Source: Candidatus Latescibacterota bacterium (GTDB lineage: Bacteria; Latescibacterota; CBDEFO01). From it: a DNA stretch of 64,000 nt. Of the stretch, positions 21,970 to 37,731 are shown piece by piece. The stretch's first letter is position 1. Each line of letters starts with the position of its first letter. A program made the translations under genes and the position numbers. The stretch spans positions 1,600,001 to 1,664,000 of the forward strand of contig CBDEFO010000008.1 of NCBI GenBank assembly GCA_965237525.1. Direction: 5' to 3'. The notes beneath the pieces were generated by a model, which saw only the letters and a program-made list of their open reading frames with translations, was not told where the DNA came from and searched no databases.

Positions 21970-23028
21970 ATGCTCTGGACAGGTGTGGTAGAAAAATATA
22001 GACGTTACCTTCCCGTGACAGAAAAGACTCCTGTCATAAGCTTGTTTGAGGGAAATACTCCCCTGATCCCGGCAAAGAACCTTCTGAGGGAGATGGGAGC
22101 TGAATTTAAACTTTACTTTAAGTACGAAGGCTTGAATCCCACCGGTTCCTTCAAAGATAGGGGTATGACAGTGGCAGTCTCCAAAGCTGCCCAGGCGGGA
22201 GCGGAAGCGGTTATCTGTGCATCTACAGGCAACACGGCGGCATCAGCGTCCGCCTATGCGGCAAGAGCCGGTATGAAGTGCGTGGTCCTTATACCTGAAG
22301 GATATATCGCCTTCGGTAAGCTTGCGCAGGCTATGATCCAGGGAGCCTTTGTCATCTCCGTAAAGGCTAACTTCGACGGGGCCTTGCCTTTGGTCAAAGA
22401 GATCGCAGACAAATATCCGATTGCTTTAGTCAACTCCGTAAATCCCTATAGAATAGAAGGCCAAAAGACGGGTGCATTTGAGATCTGCGATCAGCTGGGG
22501 AGAAGGGCCCCCGATTATAACGTTCTGCCTGTCGGCAACGCCGGGAATATTACCGCCTACTGGAAAGGCTATAAAGAGTACTACGAAGCTGGAATGATAG
22601 AGAGTCTCCCCAAGATGATGGGATATCAAGCAGAAGGAGCCGCCCCGATCGTTCGAGGAGAGCCTGTAGGTGAACCTGAGACTATAGCAACAGCCATAAG
22701 GATCGGAAACCCAGCAAGCTGGAGCGGAGCAGAAGAGGCCAGAGAGGAATCGGGGGGAATAATAGACTCTGTTACCGATGAAGAGATCCTACAGGCGTAC
22801 AAGATGCTGGCAAACCAGGAAGGCATCTTTGCCGAGCCCGCGTCCGCCGCCTCGGTAGCAGGGGTACTAAAGCTTTACCAGGAAGGAACATTCCGAAAAG
22901 GAGATTTAGTGGTTTGCGTGCTTACGGGTCTGGGACTTAAAGATCCTGACAGGGCTGTGGCTGTGGCCCAAAAACCGCAAGTTATCGACGCGACCGTTGA
23001 GGCTGTAGTAAGAGAGATAGGATTTTGA
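21970..23028 (+). CDS. thrC: Threonine synthase
   Basis: [13 protein letters not shown] lysine, ASTGNT, PVGNAGN. Confidence 0.97.
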   Translation: MLWTGVVEKYRRYLPVTEKTPVISLFEGNTPLIPAKNLLREMGAEFKLYFKYEGLNPTGSFKDRGMTVAVSKAAQAGAEAVICASTGNTAASASAYAARAGMKCVVLIPEGYIAFGKLAQAMIQGAFVISVKANFDGALPLVKEIADKYPIALVNSVNPYRIEGQKTGAFEICDQLGRRAPDYNVLPVGNAGNITAYWKGYKEYYEAGMIESLPKMMGYQAEGAAPIVRGEPVGEPETIATAIRIGNPASWSGAEEAREESGGIIDSVTDEEILQAYKMLANQEGIFAEPASAASVAGVLKLYQEGTFRKGDLVVCVLTGLGLKDPDRAVAVAQKPQVIDATVEAVVREIGF

Positions 23029-23150
23029 AATAAGTATACAAGAAACAATAGACATCATACAGGGAGCGACAAGCTAAGTAAGAATGCTTTGTCCACTGCG
23101 CGGCTTTCTGCCACCCCCCCTGGTGCTGACCTTGCTTGGCTTGGACCTTA

Positions 23151-23220
23151 GTCATAGCAGGGTGCCAGACCGCGACCTTGTCACGAGGTGCTGCGCCGAA
23201 GGAGACGCGAAGCGGAACCG
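23151..23220 (+). repeat. 70-bp dispersed repeat (copy A), followed directly by a 21-bp palindrome
   Basis: 52/70 ungapped identity to the reverse complement of 32722-32791 (counted by hand). Confidence 0.75.
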
Positions 23221-23222
23221 TT

Positions 23223-23243
23223 CCCCGATTGAATCTATCGGGG
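23223..23243 (+). repeat. 21-bp palindrome copy 3
   Basis: Exact consensus. Confidence 0.9.
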
Positions 23244-23292
23244 ACAAGTGATGAGAGATAGTGCCCAGTCTGCTGAAAGATGAGCTAGAAAT

Positions 23293-24513
23293 TTGAGTCT
23301 TATCGTTCAAAAATATGGTGGAACTTCTGTCACCACGCCTGAACTGATAAAGCGCGTGGCGGGAAGGATCATAGCTAAAAAAAAGGAAGGGAACGACATA
23401 GTCGTCGTCGTCTCTGCGATGGGTGACAGCACCGACCAGTTGGTCGATCTTGTCAGGAAGATAACTGACCGACCCAGAGAAAGAGAAATGGACATGCTCC
23501 TTTCCACAGGAGAACTGGTGTCTATTGCCCTTTTGTCTATGGCTATTAATTCTATGGGGGCAGAGGCTATATCTTTCACAGGGCTGCAAAGCGGAATCAT
23601 CACAGATGCCATCCACACCAAAGCTAGGATTCTGGACATAAGAGCCGATAGGATAAGAGAAGAGCTAAAAAAGGGCAGAATAGTAATCGTTGCTGGATTT
23701 CAGGGAGTAAGCGTAGATCAGGAGGTCACAACCCTGGGAAGAGGCGGCTCTGATATGACTGCTGTAGCTTTAGCATACGCCCTGGATGCACATCAATGTG
23801 AGATATTGACAGACGTAGATGGTGTCTATACCGCCGATCCGAGCATAGTTCCCAAGGCCAGGAAGTTGGAGGTCCTCTCCAGCGATGAGATGCTGGAGCT
23901 TGCCAGCGCGGGCGCAAAGGTCCTTTACGCCAGATCGGTCGAGTTTGCCAACAAATATGGTGTTATTTTGCATGTGAGGTCCAGCTTTAACGAAAATTCT
24001 GGTACTCTTGTCAAGGAGGAAGAGGAAATGATGGAGGATGTCCTGGTGCGCGGCATCGCACACGACATAGATGAAGCTAAGATCACAATCCATGGAGTTC
24101 CAGACAGGCCAGGTATAGCGGCTGCAATATTCCAGCCCCTTGCCCAAGCTAATATCAACGTCGATATGATCGTCCAGAACGTCAGCGAGAGCGGAGTGAC
24201 GGATATGTCCTTCACGGTGCCAAGGGCCGACCTTGAAAGAGCTCTCGAACTAGGCAAGAACGTCATAAAACCCGAGATCGACGCGAGGAATGTCTCCGCA
24301 GACGAAGACATAGCCAAAGTCTCCGTAGTCGGAGTTGGGATGAGGAGCCATACGGGAGTCGCGTCCAAGACGTTTAAGGCCCTGTCTGATGCAGACATCA
24401 ATATCGAAATGATAAGCACATCAGAGATCAAGATTTCCTGTGTGATCAGAAAGGCTCGCATCGAGGACGCAGTAAGGGTCCTGCACAGAGAATTTGAACT
24501 GGGCGAATCTTGA
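23293..24513 (+). CDS. lysC: Aspartate kinase
   Basis: [17 protein letters not shown], two ACT domains, internal beta-subunit start MEDVLV. Confidence 0.97.
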   Translation: MSLIVQKYGGTSVTTPELIKRVAGRIIAKKKEGNDIVVVVSAMGDSTDQLVDLVRKITDRPREREMDMLLSTGELVSIALLSMAINSMGAEAISFTGLQSGIITDAIHTKARILDIRADRIREELKKGRIVIVAGFQGVSVDQEVTTLGRGGSDMTAVALAYALDAHQCEILTDVDGVYTADPSIVPKARKLEVLSSDEMLELASAGAKVLYARSVEFANKYGVILHVRSSFNENSGTLVKEEEEMMEDVLVRGIAHDIDEAKITIHGVPDRPGIAAAIFQPLAQANINVDMIVQNVSESGVTDMSFTVPRADLERALELGKNVIKPEIDARNVSADEDIAKVSVVGVGMRSHTGVASKTFKALSDADINIEMISTSEIKISCVIRKARIEDAVRVLHREFELGES

Positions 24514-24529
24514 AGGAAAGGAATCCAGA

Positions 24530-25561
24530 ATGTCTTACAACGTGGCTATAGTAGGCGCCACGGGCGCAGTGGGCGGGGTGATGAGAAAGATCTTAGAAGA
24601 GAGAAAGTTTCCAGTAAAAAATTTGAGACTCTTTTCATCAAAAAGATCAGTAGGAAAGAAGCTGGACTTCAAGGGGGAAGATATAACTGTAGAAGAACTG
24701 AAAGACCGCTCGTTTTCCTCAAAAGATATAGATATTGTGCTATCATCTGCGGGGAGTTCCATAAGTAAGTGGTTTGCACCTGTAGCTGTCCAATCAGGAG
24801 CGGTAGTTATAGACAATACATCCGCTTTCAGGATGGAGCCTGATGTCCCTCTGGTGGTCCCCGAGGTGAACCCAGATGCCGCCTTGGATCACAGTGGTAT
24901 TGTAGCTAATCCAAACTGTTCCACAATCCAGATGGTGGTGGCTCTGAAGCCAATTCACGATGCGGCCAGAATCAAAAGGGTTGTGGTTTCCACCTATCAA
25001 TCTGTCTCAGGCGACAGCTTAAAGGCGATGTTAGATTTGAAGGAACAGACCAAAGCCATTCTGGAGGGCAAATCTTATGATAGTCCCAGATTTCCACATC
25101 AGATGGCTTTCAACGTTATTCCGCAGATACCACACAGCAGTGATAACGCTTTTCTGGAAAACGGATATACGACAGAAGAGATGAAGATGGTCAACGAGAC
25201 CCAAAAGATTATGCGCGACGACTCCATAAAGGTCACTGCTACTACCGTCAGAGTCCCTGTCTTGATGGCTCATTCTGAATCTGTTAATGTTGAGACTATA
25301 GGGAAACTTACCCGAGACCAAGCAAGACAGATATTAACGAGGGCCCCCGGTGTCGCTGTGCTGGACGATCCTGGAAGGGGAATCTATCCTTTAGCCGTGG
25401 ATGCTGAAGGGAAAGATGAGGTATTTGTGGGGAGGATACGGGAAGATATATCCTCTGAAAATGCACTCGATATGTGGATAGTCTCCGACAATCTGCGCAA
25501 GGGGGCTGCGCTCAACGCAATTCAGATTGCAGAAATCCTTTTTTGCCAAAGGGAGGTTTAA
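24530..25561 (+). CDS. asd: Aspartate-semialdehyde dehydrogenase
   Basis: GATGAVG, ANPNCST, STYQSVSG, DNLRKGAALN; ATG at 24530. Confidence 0.97.
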   Translation: MSYNVAIVGATGAVGGVMRKILEERKFPVKNLRLFSSKRSVGKKLDFKGEDITVEELKDRSFSSKDIDIVLSSAGSSISKWFAPVAVQSGAVVIDNTSAFRMEPDVPLVVPEVNPDAALDHSGIVANPNCSTIQMVVALKPIHDAARIKRVVVSTYQSVSGDSLKAMLDLKEQTKAILEGKSYDSPRFPHQMAFNVIPQIPHSSDNAFLENGYTTEEMKMVNETQKIMRDDSIKVTATTVRVPVLMAHSESVNVETIGKLTRDQARQILTRAPGVAVLDDPGRGIYPLAVDAEGKDEVFVGRIREDISSENALDMWIVSDNLRKGAALNAIQIAEILFCQREV

Positions 25562-25774
25562 AGAGTCGAAAGTCAAGACCGACAAATAGGTTGAGAGTCT
25601 AAGTCTTCTATGGAGCTGTCCCTTTCCGATTCGAACGGAAAGACGACGATAGAAAACACGTTAAATGGAACTTTTCCGAAATATGGGGGTCTTAAGTGTA
25701 TGTGGAAATTTAAAGCATAGAAGGATTCATAAGAGCATAGTGTTAATCTTATTTTGAAATCACAAAAAAAACAC

Positions 25775-25845
25775 TTGACAAATCGAAAAGTTTAACGTAT
25801 ATTAGTGTGTTGCCGATACTATAACTGGTAATCGTTCTTTGAAAA
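25775..25845 (+). promoter_or_regulatory. rRNA operon promoter and boxA
   Basis: A-tract UP element, TTGACA-17bp-TATATT, then GTTCTTTGAAAA boxA. Confidence 0.85.
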
Positions 25846-25948
25846 TCGAATAACGTGCATGGTTTGGAGTCTTCTGGTAGAGATCTCTTCTTAAGAGATC
25901 ATTAAGCTTTGATGACATGTCCTTTCAAGGACATCACAGGATTAGTTT

Positions 25949-27519
<1,571 letters not shown>

Positions 27520-27667
27520 AGTTGCAAATGCCCTCATGGGGCTGCAATTTCTATGATCAACCTGTCAGCGGGCAAAGGCTGTGCACGTTATTTGATTTTT
27601 TTTGAGCTGGACATAGAGCCGAGAACATCGGTGTGGAGCTTAGCCCACAAGCTAAAAGACCCGTTTA

Positions 27668-27744
<77 letters not shown>

Positions 27745-27754
27745 TATAAAAGCG

Positions 27755-27830
27755 GGGGATATAGCTCAATTGGGAGAGCGCAGGCTTTGCAAGCCTGAGG
27801 TTACCGGTTCGATCCCGGTTATCTCCACCA
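27755..27830 (+). tRNA. tRNA-Ala(TGC)
   Basis: Cloverleaf, TTTGCAA loop, G3:U70 pair, encoded CCA. Confidence 0.97.
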
Positions 27831-27995
27831 AAAGCCTATTAAACTGCGCAAGTCTATAAAAGCATCTAAAGACATAAATGAGTAAGCGCTTATTCGGTAA
27901 GCGCTGATATTGTTCTTTGACAATTGAATATGGATAGAACGGGTAACTTAATGTAGCTGAGATATCTTAGGGCTTTACCTTGGATATTATATGTT

Positions 27996-31143
<3,148 letters not shown>

Positions 31144-31234
31144 AACACTTTAACAAATGTCCAAGATTCAGCCTCGTGACGTTGCCCGTTCTTTCCATGT
31201 TCAATTGCAAAGAGCTAAAGTGAACTTCCGAATT

Positions 31235-31352
31235 TCCCGGTAGCAATAGCGGAGGGGAAACACCTCTTCCCATTCCGAACAGAGTAGTTAAGCCCTCTGG
31301 CGCCGATGGTACTGCTTGGGTAACCTTGTGGGAGAGTAGGTAGCTGCCGAGA
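31235..31352 (+). rRNA. rrf: 5S rRNA
   Basis: CCCATTCCGAAC, CGCCGATGGTACT, GGGAGAGTAGG. Confidence 0.97.
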
Positions 31353-31360
31353 TCTTTAGT

Positions 31361-31402
31361 AAAAAGTCCGCACTTTATATAGTGTGGGCTTTTTTTGTTT
31401 TT
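31361..31402 (+). terminator. rRNA operon terminator
   Basis: AGTCCGCACT-loop-AGTGTGGGCT hairpin followed by a long T-run. Confidence 0.85.
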
Positions 31403-31406
31403 TAGC

Positions 31407-31435
31407 TTGACTTATGTTATGCCGTTCTATACATT
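31407..31435 (+). promoter_or_regulatory. Sigma-70 promoter of thiolase
   Basis: TTGACT-17bp-TACATT. Confidence 0.55.
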
Positions 31436-31499
31436 TGTTTTAAGAAAAAATCAGCCCTTAGGCTACGAACTATCTTTGCTTAGGTAACAGGAGAAGCAG

Positions 31500-32684
31500 A
31501 TGCATAAAGAACTAGTCCTATTCCCCGGAGCACGAACGCCTTTTGGGAGCTTCGGAGGAAGTCTGAGGGATCACAGCCCGAGAGATTTGGGAGTTCTGGC
31601 GTCCAAGGCTGCGCTGGAGCGCTCGGGCGTCTTACCTCTGAGGATAGATCACACAATCTTCGGCAACGCTCTTCAGACAGACGGACAGGATATCTACCTT
31701 GCCCGACATATAGGCCTGAACGCAGGTGTCCCCCTCCATATTCCAGCCTTGACGGTGAACAGACTCTGCGCGTCGGGTTTTCAGTCTATTATCAGTGGAG
31801 CGCATCAGATCCTGCTGGATGAGGCAGACTTTGTATTGGCAGGCGGTGTTGAGAGCATGAGCAGGGCTCCGTATCTTGTAAAAGGGGCAAGATGGGGAGT
31901 ACACTTCGGGGATGGGACGCTTGAAGACGCTCTTTGTCAGGCTTTGGAGGACAGCAATTGCGGATGCAAAATGGGTAGCACGGCGGAGAATCTGGCAAAT
32001 AGATACGGCATAACCAGACAGGAGGTGGACGAGTTTGCATACAGGAGCCAGATGGCCCTGAAATCAGCGGTCCAGGGTTGCAGCTTAAGTGATGAGATTG
32101 TTCCTGTGGAGATTAAGGGCAAGAGAGGAGAAACATCCCTGCTTGTTAAGGATGAACATCCGCGGTCCGATACTACCTTGGAGGGACTGTCGAAGCTGAA
32201 GTCTGTCTTCAAGGAGGATGGAGTTGTCACGGCGGGAAATGCAAGCGGCATCTGCGATGGCGCGGCCGCGTTGGTCATGGGGTCGGGAGAAATTGCCAAA
32301 AAAGAGAAATTAGAGCCTATAGGGCGTCTAATTTCATGGGGTATAGCTGGATGCGAGCCTGAGATTATGGGAATAGGGCCTGTCCCCGCATCGAAGATAG
32401 CTCTTGAAAGGGCGGGACTATCATTAGATGATATGGATCTTATAGAGATAAACGAGGCGTTTGCGTGCCAGTATTTAGCTGTGGAAAGGGAACTCGGGTT
32501 AGACAGAGAGAAGGTGAACGTAAATGGCGGCGCGATAGCATTGGGACATCCCCTGGGCGCAAGCGGCACGCGGCTGATAATTACTCTACTTTATCAACTA
32601 AGGCGAACGGGGGCTAAGTACGGTTTAGCGTCTGCGTGCGTTGGAGGAGGACAGGGCGTGGCTTTAGTAGTTGAGGCGTTCTAA
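31500..32684 (+). CDS. Thiolase (acetyl-CoA C-acyltransferase)
   Basis: NRLCASG, NEAFA, GHPLGASG, CVGGGQG. Confidence 0.95.
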   Translation: MHKELVLFPGARTPFGSFGGSLRDHSPRDLGVLASKAALERSGVLPLRIDHTIFGNALQTDGQDIYLARHIGLNAGVPLHIPALTVNRLCASGFQSIISGAHQILLDEADFVLAGGVESMSRAPYLVKGARWGVHFGDGTLEDALCQALEDSNCGCKMGSTAENLANRYGITRQEVDEFAYRSQMALKSAVQGCSLSDEIVPVEIKGKRGETSLLVKDEHPRSDTTLEGLSKLKSVFKEDGVVTAGNASGICDGAAALVMGSGEIAKKEKLEPIGRLISWGIAGCEPEIMGIGPVPASKIALERAGLSLDDMDLIEINEAFACQYLAVERELGLDREKVNVNGGAIALGHPLGASGTRLIITLLYQLRRTGAKYGLASACVGGGQGVALVVEAF

Positions 32685-32721
32685 ACAAGCAGACTGGATC
32701 CATCCCCCCATCCCTTGAGAT

Positions 32722-32791
32722 CGGTCCCGCTTCGCGTCTCCTTTGGCGTCACAACTCCCGACGGGGTCAAGGTTTGACACCTTCGAATGAC
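32722..32791 (-). repeat. 70-bp dispersed repeat (copy B)
   Basis: Matches 23151-23220; a GTCATTTCGAG...AAGCAATCTC unit follows at 32813-32840. Confidence 0.75.
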
Positions 32792-32954
32792 GTCGCTTGA
32801 GTTAGGCCTTCAGTCATTTCGAGCCAAAGGAAGCAATCTCCGTTAGACTGCCTCTCGTTCTACGCTGTTCGCTATTTTAGACCTCTACAATCTTGTCCAG
32901 ACTATTTTGATCCGATACCTGATTAGAAAGTAAGCTGACTATCTGGAGGTAACT

Positions 32955-33845
32955 ATGAATATTCAAAAGCTCGGCCTCGTAGGCTGTGGGATTATGGGGT
33001 CGAGGATAGCTCAGGTTGTGGCTCAAAGTGGCTATGATGTCCTCGCAACTGATGTAAAAGGGGAGTTGATAGATAAGGGATTAGGGCTTATTGAAGGGTC
33101 TTTGAATAGAGAGGTCCAAAAGGGCAGGATAGATCGATCCGAAATGGATTCGGTTATGGGAAGGCTTAAAGGGGCGGAGGATCTTAAGGACTTAAGAGAT
33201 AGAGACATAATCATAGAAGCTGTGACCGAGCATATAGGGATAAAGACCGAGATATTCGCAAAGTTAGATAAGGTGTGCTCCGATAAGACGATCTTTGTGA
33301 GCAATACGTCCTCTTTGAGCATAACTAACTTGGCTACGACAACCAGGAGACCCGATAAGTTTATGGGTCTCCATTTTTTCAATCCGGCGCACATCATGGA
33401 GTTGGTTGAGATAGTAAGGACGATCCTCACCTCGGATGAGACGTTTGACAGTGTGGTGTCTTTTGCCAAGTCCTTAGGCAAGACTCCTATCGTTGCAAAG
33501 GATAACGCCGGGTTTATCGTAAATAGGCTCCTGGTCCCTTATCTTTTAGACGCTGTGAGGGCTTTTGAGGAGGGGCTAGGTTCTGTGGAGGATATAGACA
33601 GAGGGATGAAGTTAGGATGTGGACTCCCTATAGGCCCTCTTGCCCTGATCGATTTTATAGGATTGGATACGATCTTGAGGATCTCGGACATTATGTTCGA
33701 CGAGTATAAGGAAAAGAGGTTTTCCGCTCCTTCTATTTTGAAGCAGATGGTCCTTGCGGGATATTTAGGCAGAAAGTCGGGAGGGGGTTTTTACGATTAC
33801 GGGGAAGATGAGCCTGTAGTGTCAGATTTTGTGAGGGAAAGGTAG
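32955..33845 (+). CDS. hbd: 3-hydroxybutyryl/acyl-CoA dehydrogenase
   Basis: GCGIMG, EAVTE, SNTSSL, HFFNP, GFIVNR. Confidence 0.93.
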   Translation: MNIQKLGLVGCGIMGSRIAQVVAQSGYDVLATDVKGELIDKGLGLIEGSLNREVQKGRIDRSEMDSVMGRLKGAEDLKDLRDRDIIIEAVTEHIGIKTEIFAKLDKVCSDKTIFVSNTSSLSITNLATTTRRPDKFMGLHFFNPAHIMELVEIVRTILTSDETFDSVVSFAKSLGKTPIVAKDNAGFIVNRLLVPYLLDAVRAFEEGLGSVEDIDRGMKLGCGLPIGPLALIDFIGLDTILRISDIMFDEYKEKRFSAPSILKQMVLAGYLGRKSGGGFYDYGEDEPVVSDFVRER

Positions 33846-33863
33846 GAAAAAGGAGTTTAATTT

Positions 33864-34643
33864 ATGGACCTAGATTATTTAAGGTTAGAAGTTGAAAATG
33901 GAATCGCTTGTGCGGTTGTAGATAATCCACCAGTGAACGATCTGGGCTCAAAGGTACTGTCCGATATAAAGAAGGCTGTGGATGAAATGGAGTCAAACGA
34001 TGCTATAAGGGCTGCCATAATCACAGGAGCGGGAAAGTTCTTTTCGGCAGGCGCGGACATAGTGGAGTTAGCAGAAATTAACTCGGCAAAGGAGGCAGAA
34101 AATTTTTCAAGATCGGGGCATTCGATCTTAAGGAGGATCGAAAACTTAAGAAAACCGATCATAGCGGCTATCAACGGAGGATGCTATGGGGGGGGATTGG
34201 AGCTGGCTATGGCGTGTCACATAAGGGTGGCAAGTGTGGATGCTCAATTAGGTCAGCCAGAGATTAATTTAGGGGTCATGCCGGGCTACGCTGGGACATA
34301 TAGACTGCCCCGTTTTGTAGGCAGAGGGAGGGCCCTGGAACTTCTGCTTACGGGAGAGTCTATCGCCGCTGGGGATGCCGAGTCGTGGGGGCTCGTAAAC
34401 AGGGTTGTCCCCGCAGAGGATGTAATGAAGGAGTCCAAGGTAATAGCCCAAAAGATAGCCTCTTTTGGGCATCTTTCTGTTGAGGCTATTCTGCGATCAG
34501 TGGATGAGGGCTCTATAGCCAGTGGATCGGCAGCTGTGGATGTGGAGTCTAAGTACTTCGGCCGGCTTTTCGAGACTGAGGATAAAAAAGAGGGCATATC
34601 AGCGTTCTTAGAAAAGCGAAGTCCCGTTTTTAAGGGTAAATAG
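33864..34643 (+). CDS. Enoyl-CoA hydratase (crotonase family)
   Basis: FSAGADI, GGGLELAMAC, GQPEINLG. Confidence 0.93.
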   Translation: MDLDYLRLEVENGIACAVVDNPPVNDLGSKVLSDIKKAVDEMESNDAIRAAIITGAGKFFSAGADIVELAEINSAKEAENFSRSGHSILRRIENLRKPIIAAINGGCYGGGLELAMACHIRVASVDAQLGQPEINLGVMPGYAGTYRLPRFVGRGRALELLLTGESIAAGDAESWGLVNRVVPAEDVMKESKVIAQKIASFGHLSVEAILRSVDEGSIASGSAAVDVESKYFGRLFETEDKKEGISAFLEKRSPVFKGK

Positions 34644-34646
34644 CTA

Positions 34647-34675
34647 TTGACGGATTGGGATGCAGCAAGTATATT
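34647..34675 (+). promoter_or_regulatory. Sigma-70 promoter of lepA
   Basis: TTGACG-17bp-TATATT. Confidence 0.6.
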
Positions 34676-34774
34676 TTTCTTAAGACGTACCGTGGATTCA
34701 ACATAGAGTTAGCAGATTGGAGAGTGCGATTTCTGACTATGACAGTTTGAGAGATCTTTGAAGGAAAAACTATA

Positions 34775-36574
34775 TTGACGACCGAGCTTATAAGGAACTT
34801 TTCCATAATAGCCCATATAGATCACGGCAAGTCCACACTTGCCGATAGACTTCTGGAGATGACGGGGACTCTGTCGGGAAAAGAGATGCGTGAGCAGGTG
34901 CTAGACGATATGGAACTGGAAAGGGAAAGGGGTATAACCATAAAGGCGCACGCTGTACGGATGGAGTACAGTGCCATAGACGGCAAGGCCTATGTATTGA
35001 ACCTGATAGATACTCCCGGACACGTGGATTTTTCGTATGAGGTATCCAGAAGCCTCGCAGCGTGCGAGGGTGCCTTGTTAGTGGTGGACGCTGTCCAGGG
35101 AATGGAGGCTCAGACCATAAGTAACCTGTATTTGGCTTTGGAAAACGATCTTATCATCATTCCGGTAGTAAATAAGATAGATCTTCAAAATGCCCGTACA
35201 GATAGGGTCAAAGGCCAGTTAGCAGATCTTTTGGGAGTAAGCCAGGATGAGGTTTTGTGTGTAAGTGCAAAGTTAGGCTGGGGGATTGCGGAAATATTAG
35301 AGGCAATTGTGGAAAGGATTTCTCCACCTGGCGGTTCAGATAAAAATCGCCTGAAGGCTTTAATATTCGACTCCGTGTTTGACCGCTACAGGGGTGCTGT
35401 GGTTTATGTGAGGATGTTTGATGGATCGGTAAATCAAGGAGATCATGTTAGGTTGTTCTCAAACGGGAAGGTATATCAGGTCGAAGAGGTCGGAGTCCTG
35501 AGATTGAAGAAGATCAAAACGGGATCTCTTTCAGCAGGAGAGGTGGGTTATCTCATCTGCGGGATAAAGGAACTGGCGGACGCTAAGGTGGGGGACACTA
35601 TCTTAGAGGCTGTGGACTTGGATGCTGATCCCCTTCCGGGCTATAAGGACGTAAAGCCTATGGTCTTTTCAGGACTCTATCCCCAAGATCCGGACGATTA
35701 TGAGGAACTCAGGGATTTCTTGGAGCGTCTGAAATTGAACGATTCTTCTTTATCCTATGTACCTGAAACTTCGAATGCACTGGGTTTCGGCTTCAGATGC
35801 GGCTTTTTGGGACTCTTGCACATGGAGATAGTTGGTGAGAGACTGGAAAGAGAGTACGGCTTGAAGATCATAACTACCGTCCCGAATGTGGAGTACAGGG
35901 TGATCTTAAAGGATGGGACCAAACTTCTGGTAGATAATCCGGCGGATATGCCCCCTCAAGGAGAGATAGATGCTGTAGAAGAACCGATCCTGGAGGCTCA
36001 GATTCTAACCCCGAGAGATTATATGGGAAATATAATGAAGTTGGTTCTAGACAGGCGTGGGGTCTATGTAAATACGGAATATTTAGAACCCACAAGGGTA
36101 GTACTTAAATACGAGATTCCCTTAGCGGAGGTCGTCTTTGATTTTTATGACAGGTTGAAATCTGTCAGCAGGGGTTATGCTTCCTTCGATTATGAGTACA
36201 AAGAGCACAGTCCCGCCAATCTTGTGAAGTTAGATATTCTGATCAACAGCGATTCTGTTGATGCTCTCTCGGCCATAATTCACAGGGATAAGGCTTATAA
36301 CTGGGGCAGACAGCTTTGCAAAAGGCTCAAGGAGCTTATCCCGAAACAGTTGTTCGGGGTGGTTATACAGGGAGCTGTAGGGAACAAGGTCATATCTAGG
36401 GAGGTAATCCGTCCCTTTAAGAAGAACGTTACTGCCAAGTGTTACGGCGGAGATATAACAAGGAAAAGGAAACTTCTGGAAAGACAGAGAGAGGGGAAAA
36501 AGAGGATGAAGCAGGTGGGGAACGTGGAGATCCCTCAGGAGGCGTTCCTGGCAATTTTGAATGTGGGCGAGTAG
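34775..36574 (+). CDS. lepA: Elongation factor 4
   Basis: [37 protein letters not shown]. Confidence 0.98.
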   Translation: MTTELIRNFSIIAHIDHGKSTLADRLLEMTGTLSGKEMREQVLDDMELERERGITIKAHAVRMEYSAIDGKAYVLNLIDTPGHVDFSYEVSRSLAACEGALLVVDAVQGMEAQTISNLYLALENDLIIIPVVNKIDLQNARTDRVKGQLADLLGVSQDEVLCVSAKLGWGIAEILEAIVERISPPGGSDKNRLKALIFDSVFDRYRGAVVYVRMFDGSVNQGDHVRLFSNGKVYQVEEVGVLRLKKIKTGSLSAGEVGYLICGIKELADAKVGDTILEAVDLDADPLPGYKDVKPMVFSGLYPQDPDDYEELRDFLERLKLNDSSLSYVPETSNALGFGFRCGFLGLLHMEIVGERLEREYGLKIITTVPNVEYRVILKDGTKLLVDNPADMPPQGEIDAVEEPILEAQILTPRDYMGNIMKLVLDRRGVYVNTEYLEPTRVVLKYEIPLAEVVFDFYDRLKSVSRGYASFDYEYKEHSPANLVKLDILINSDSVDALSAIIHRDKAYNWGRQLCKRLKELIPKQLFGVVIQGAVGNKVISREVIRPFKKNVTAKCYGGDITRKRKLLERQREGKKRMKQVGNVEIPQEAFLAILNVGE

Positions 36575-36601
36575 GACTTAACGTAATGGAGCTTTGAAAG
36601 G

Positions 36602-37501
36602 GTGAGCGGAAAGACTAAGAATAAGAAAAGGAAAGATAAAAGGATTAAAGATAACGATGTCCTTAAAGGGGAGAGCACGGCACAAAGGCCTGATATTTGG
36701 GGTTATATAAGGAGGCTGTTGATAGGCAAAAAAAAGAGCCAGAGGGGAAAATCCGTCATAAGGGAGTACTCAGAAGCCATAGTAGTGGCTGTGTTGTTGG
36801 CTTTGGTGATCAGGACCTTTGTGATCCAGGCATTTCGCATCCCGTCAGGTTCTATGGAGGACACTCTGCTTGTGGGAGATTTTCTCCTTGCAGAGAAGAT
36901 AACTTACGGTCCGACTTTTGGTTCTGACGATCTTTTTTATTTTATTCCGGATATCCCGTTTTTCGATATAAGTATTGGGGATATCCTGGCGGATATCCTG
37001 TTTTTCGATATAAGGCTTCCGGGGCTAAGGGACCCCAAACCGCGAGATATAATAATATTTGAGTATCCTGAAGATCCCTCAAGGGACTTTATAAAGCGCT
37101 GTGTGGCTGTGGCAGGACAGACGGTAGAGATAAGGGATAAAAAGTTATATGTGGATGGAAAAAGGTTCCCCGATCCTCCCCAGGTTAAGTACGAAAGCGG
37201 CAGGATATTAAGTAATAAGAAGGAGCTTATAAGAGACAACTACGGTCCGAGAAAACTGAAGGAGGGGGAACTTTTTATGATGGGGGACAACAGAGATAAC
37301 AGTCAGGACAGCAGATTCTGGGGACCCCTTCCGATGGAGAATGTGAAGGCAAAGGCGCTGATTATCTATGGGTCGTGGAACGGAGATTGGCGGGCGCCGA
37401 AAATAAGAGGTCCGGGGTCTTTGCCAGCCTGGTTATTTTATCATATTACCCATTTTCCCTGGGAAGTAAGATGGGGCAGGATAGGGGATATTATAAGGTA
37501 A
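36602..37501 (+). CDS. lepB: Signal peptidase I
   Basis: IPSGSMEDTL, FIKRC, GDNRDNSQDSRFWG. Confidence 0.96.
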   Translation: MSGKTKNKKRKDKRIKDNDVLKGESTAQRPDIWGYIRRLLIGKKKSQRGKSVIREYSEAIVVAVLLALVIRTFVIQAFRIPSGSMEDTLLVGDFLLAEKITYGPTFGSDDLFYFIPDIPFFDISIGDILADILFFDIRLPGLRDPKPRDIIIFEYPEDPSRDFIKRCVAVAGQTVEIRDKKLYVDGKRFPDPPQVKYESGRILSNKKELIRDNYGPRKLKEGELFMMGDNRDNSQDSRFWGPLPMENVKAKALIIYGSWNGDWRAPKIRGPGSLPAWLFYHITHFPWEVRWGRIGDIIR

Positions 37502-37731
37502 TCTTAAGATAGGGCCTATAACGTTCTGAGATAGTGGAGGACAATAAAGGACATGTTCAGATTGCACTGGAGGGCAGGAATGTCCCACCCGCCGGGTTTA
37601 GCAGGAAGTAGAAGGGCATTCACCTATGCTTTACAGAAGTGTGAGGGCAAGAAAAGGCAACATCATCTGAGGGTGTGAAGACCGGCAAGCAGACTCAAAT
37701 GGAAATCTTTAAATTCTACAAGGAGATCCAA

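Noticed and set aside
23029..23292. Lysine riboswitch or T-box upstream of lysC
   Set aside because: No recognisable consensus; the structured sequence is explained by two dispersed repeats
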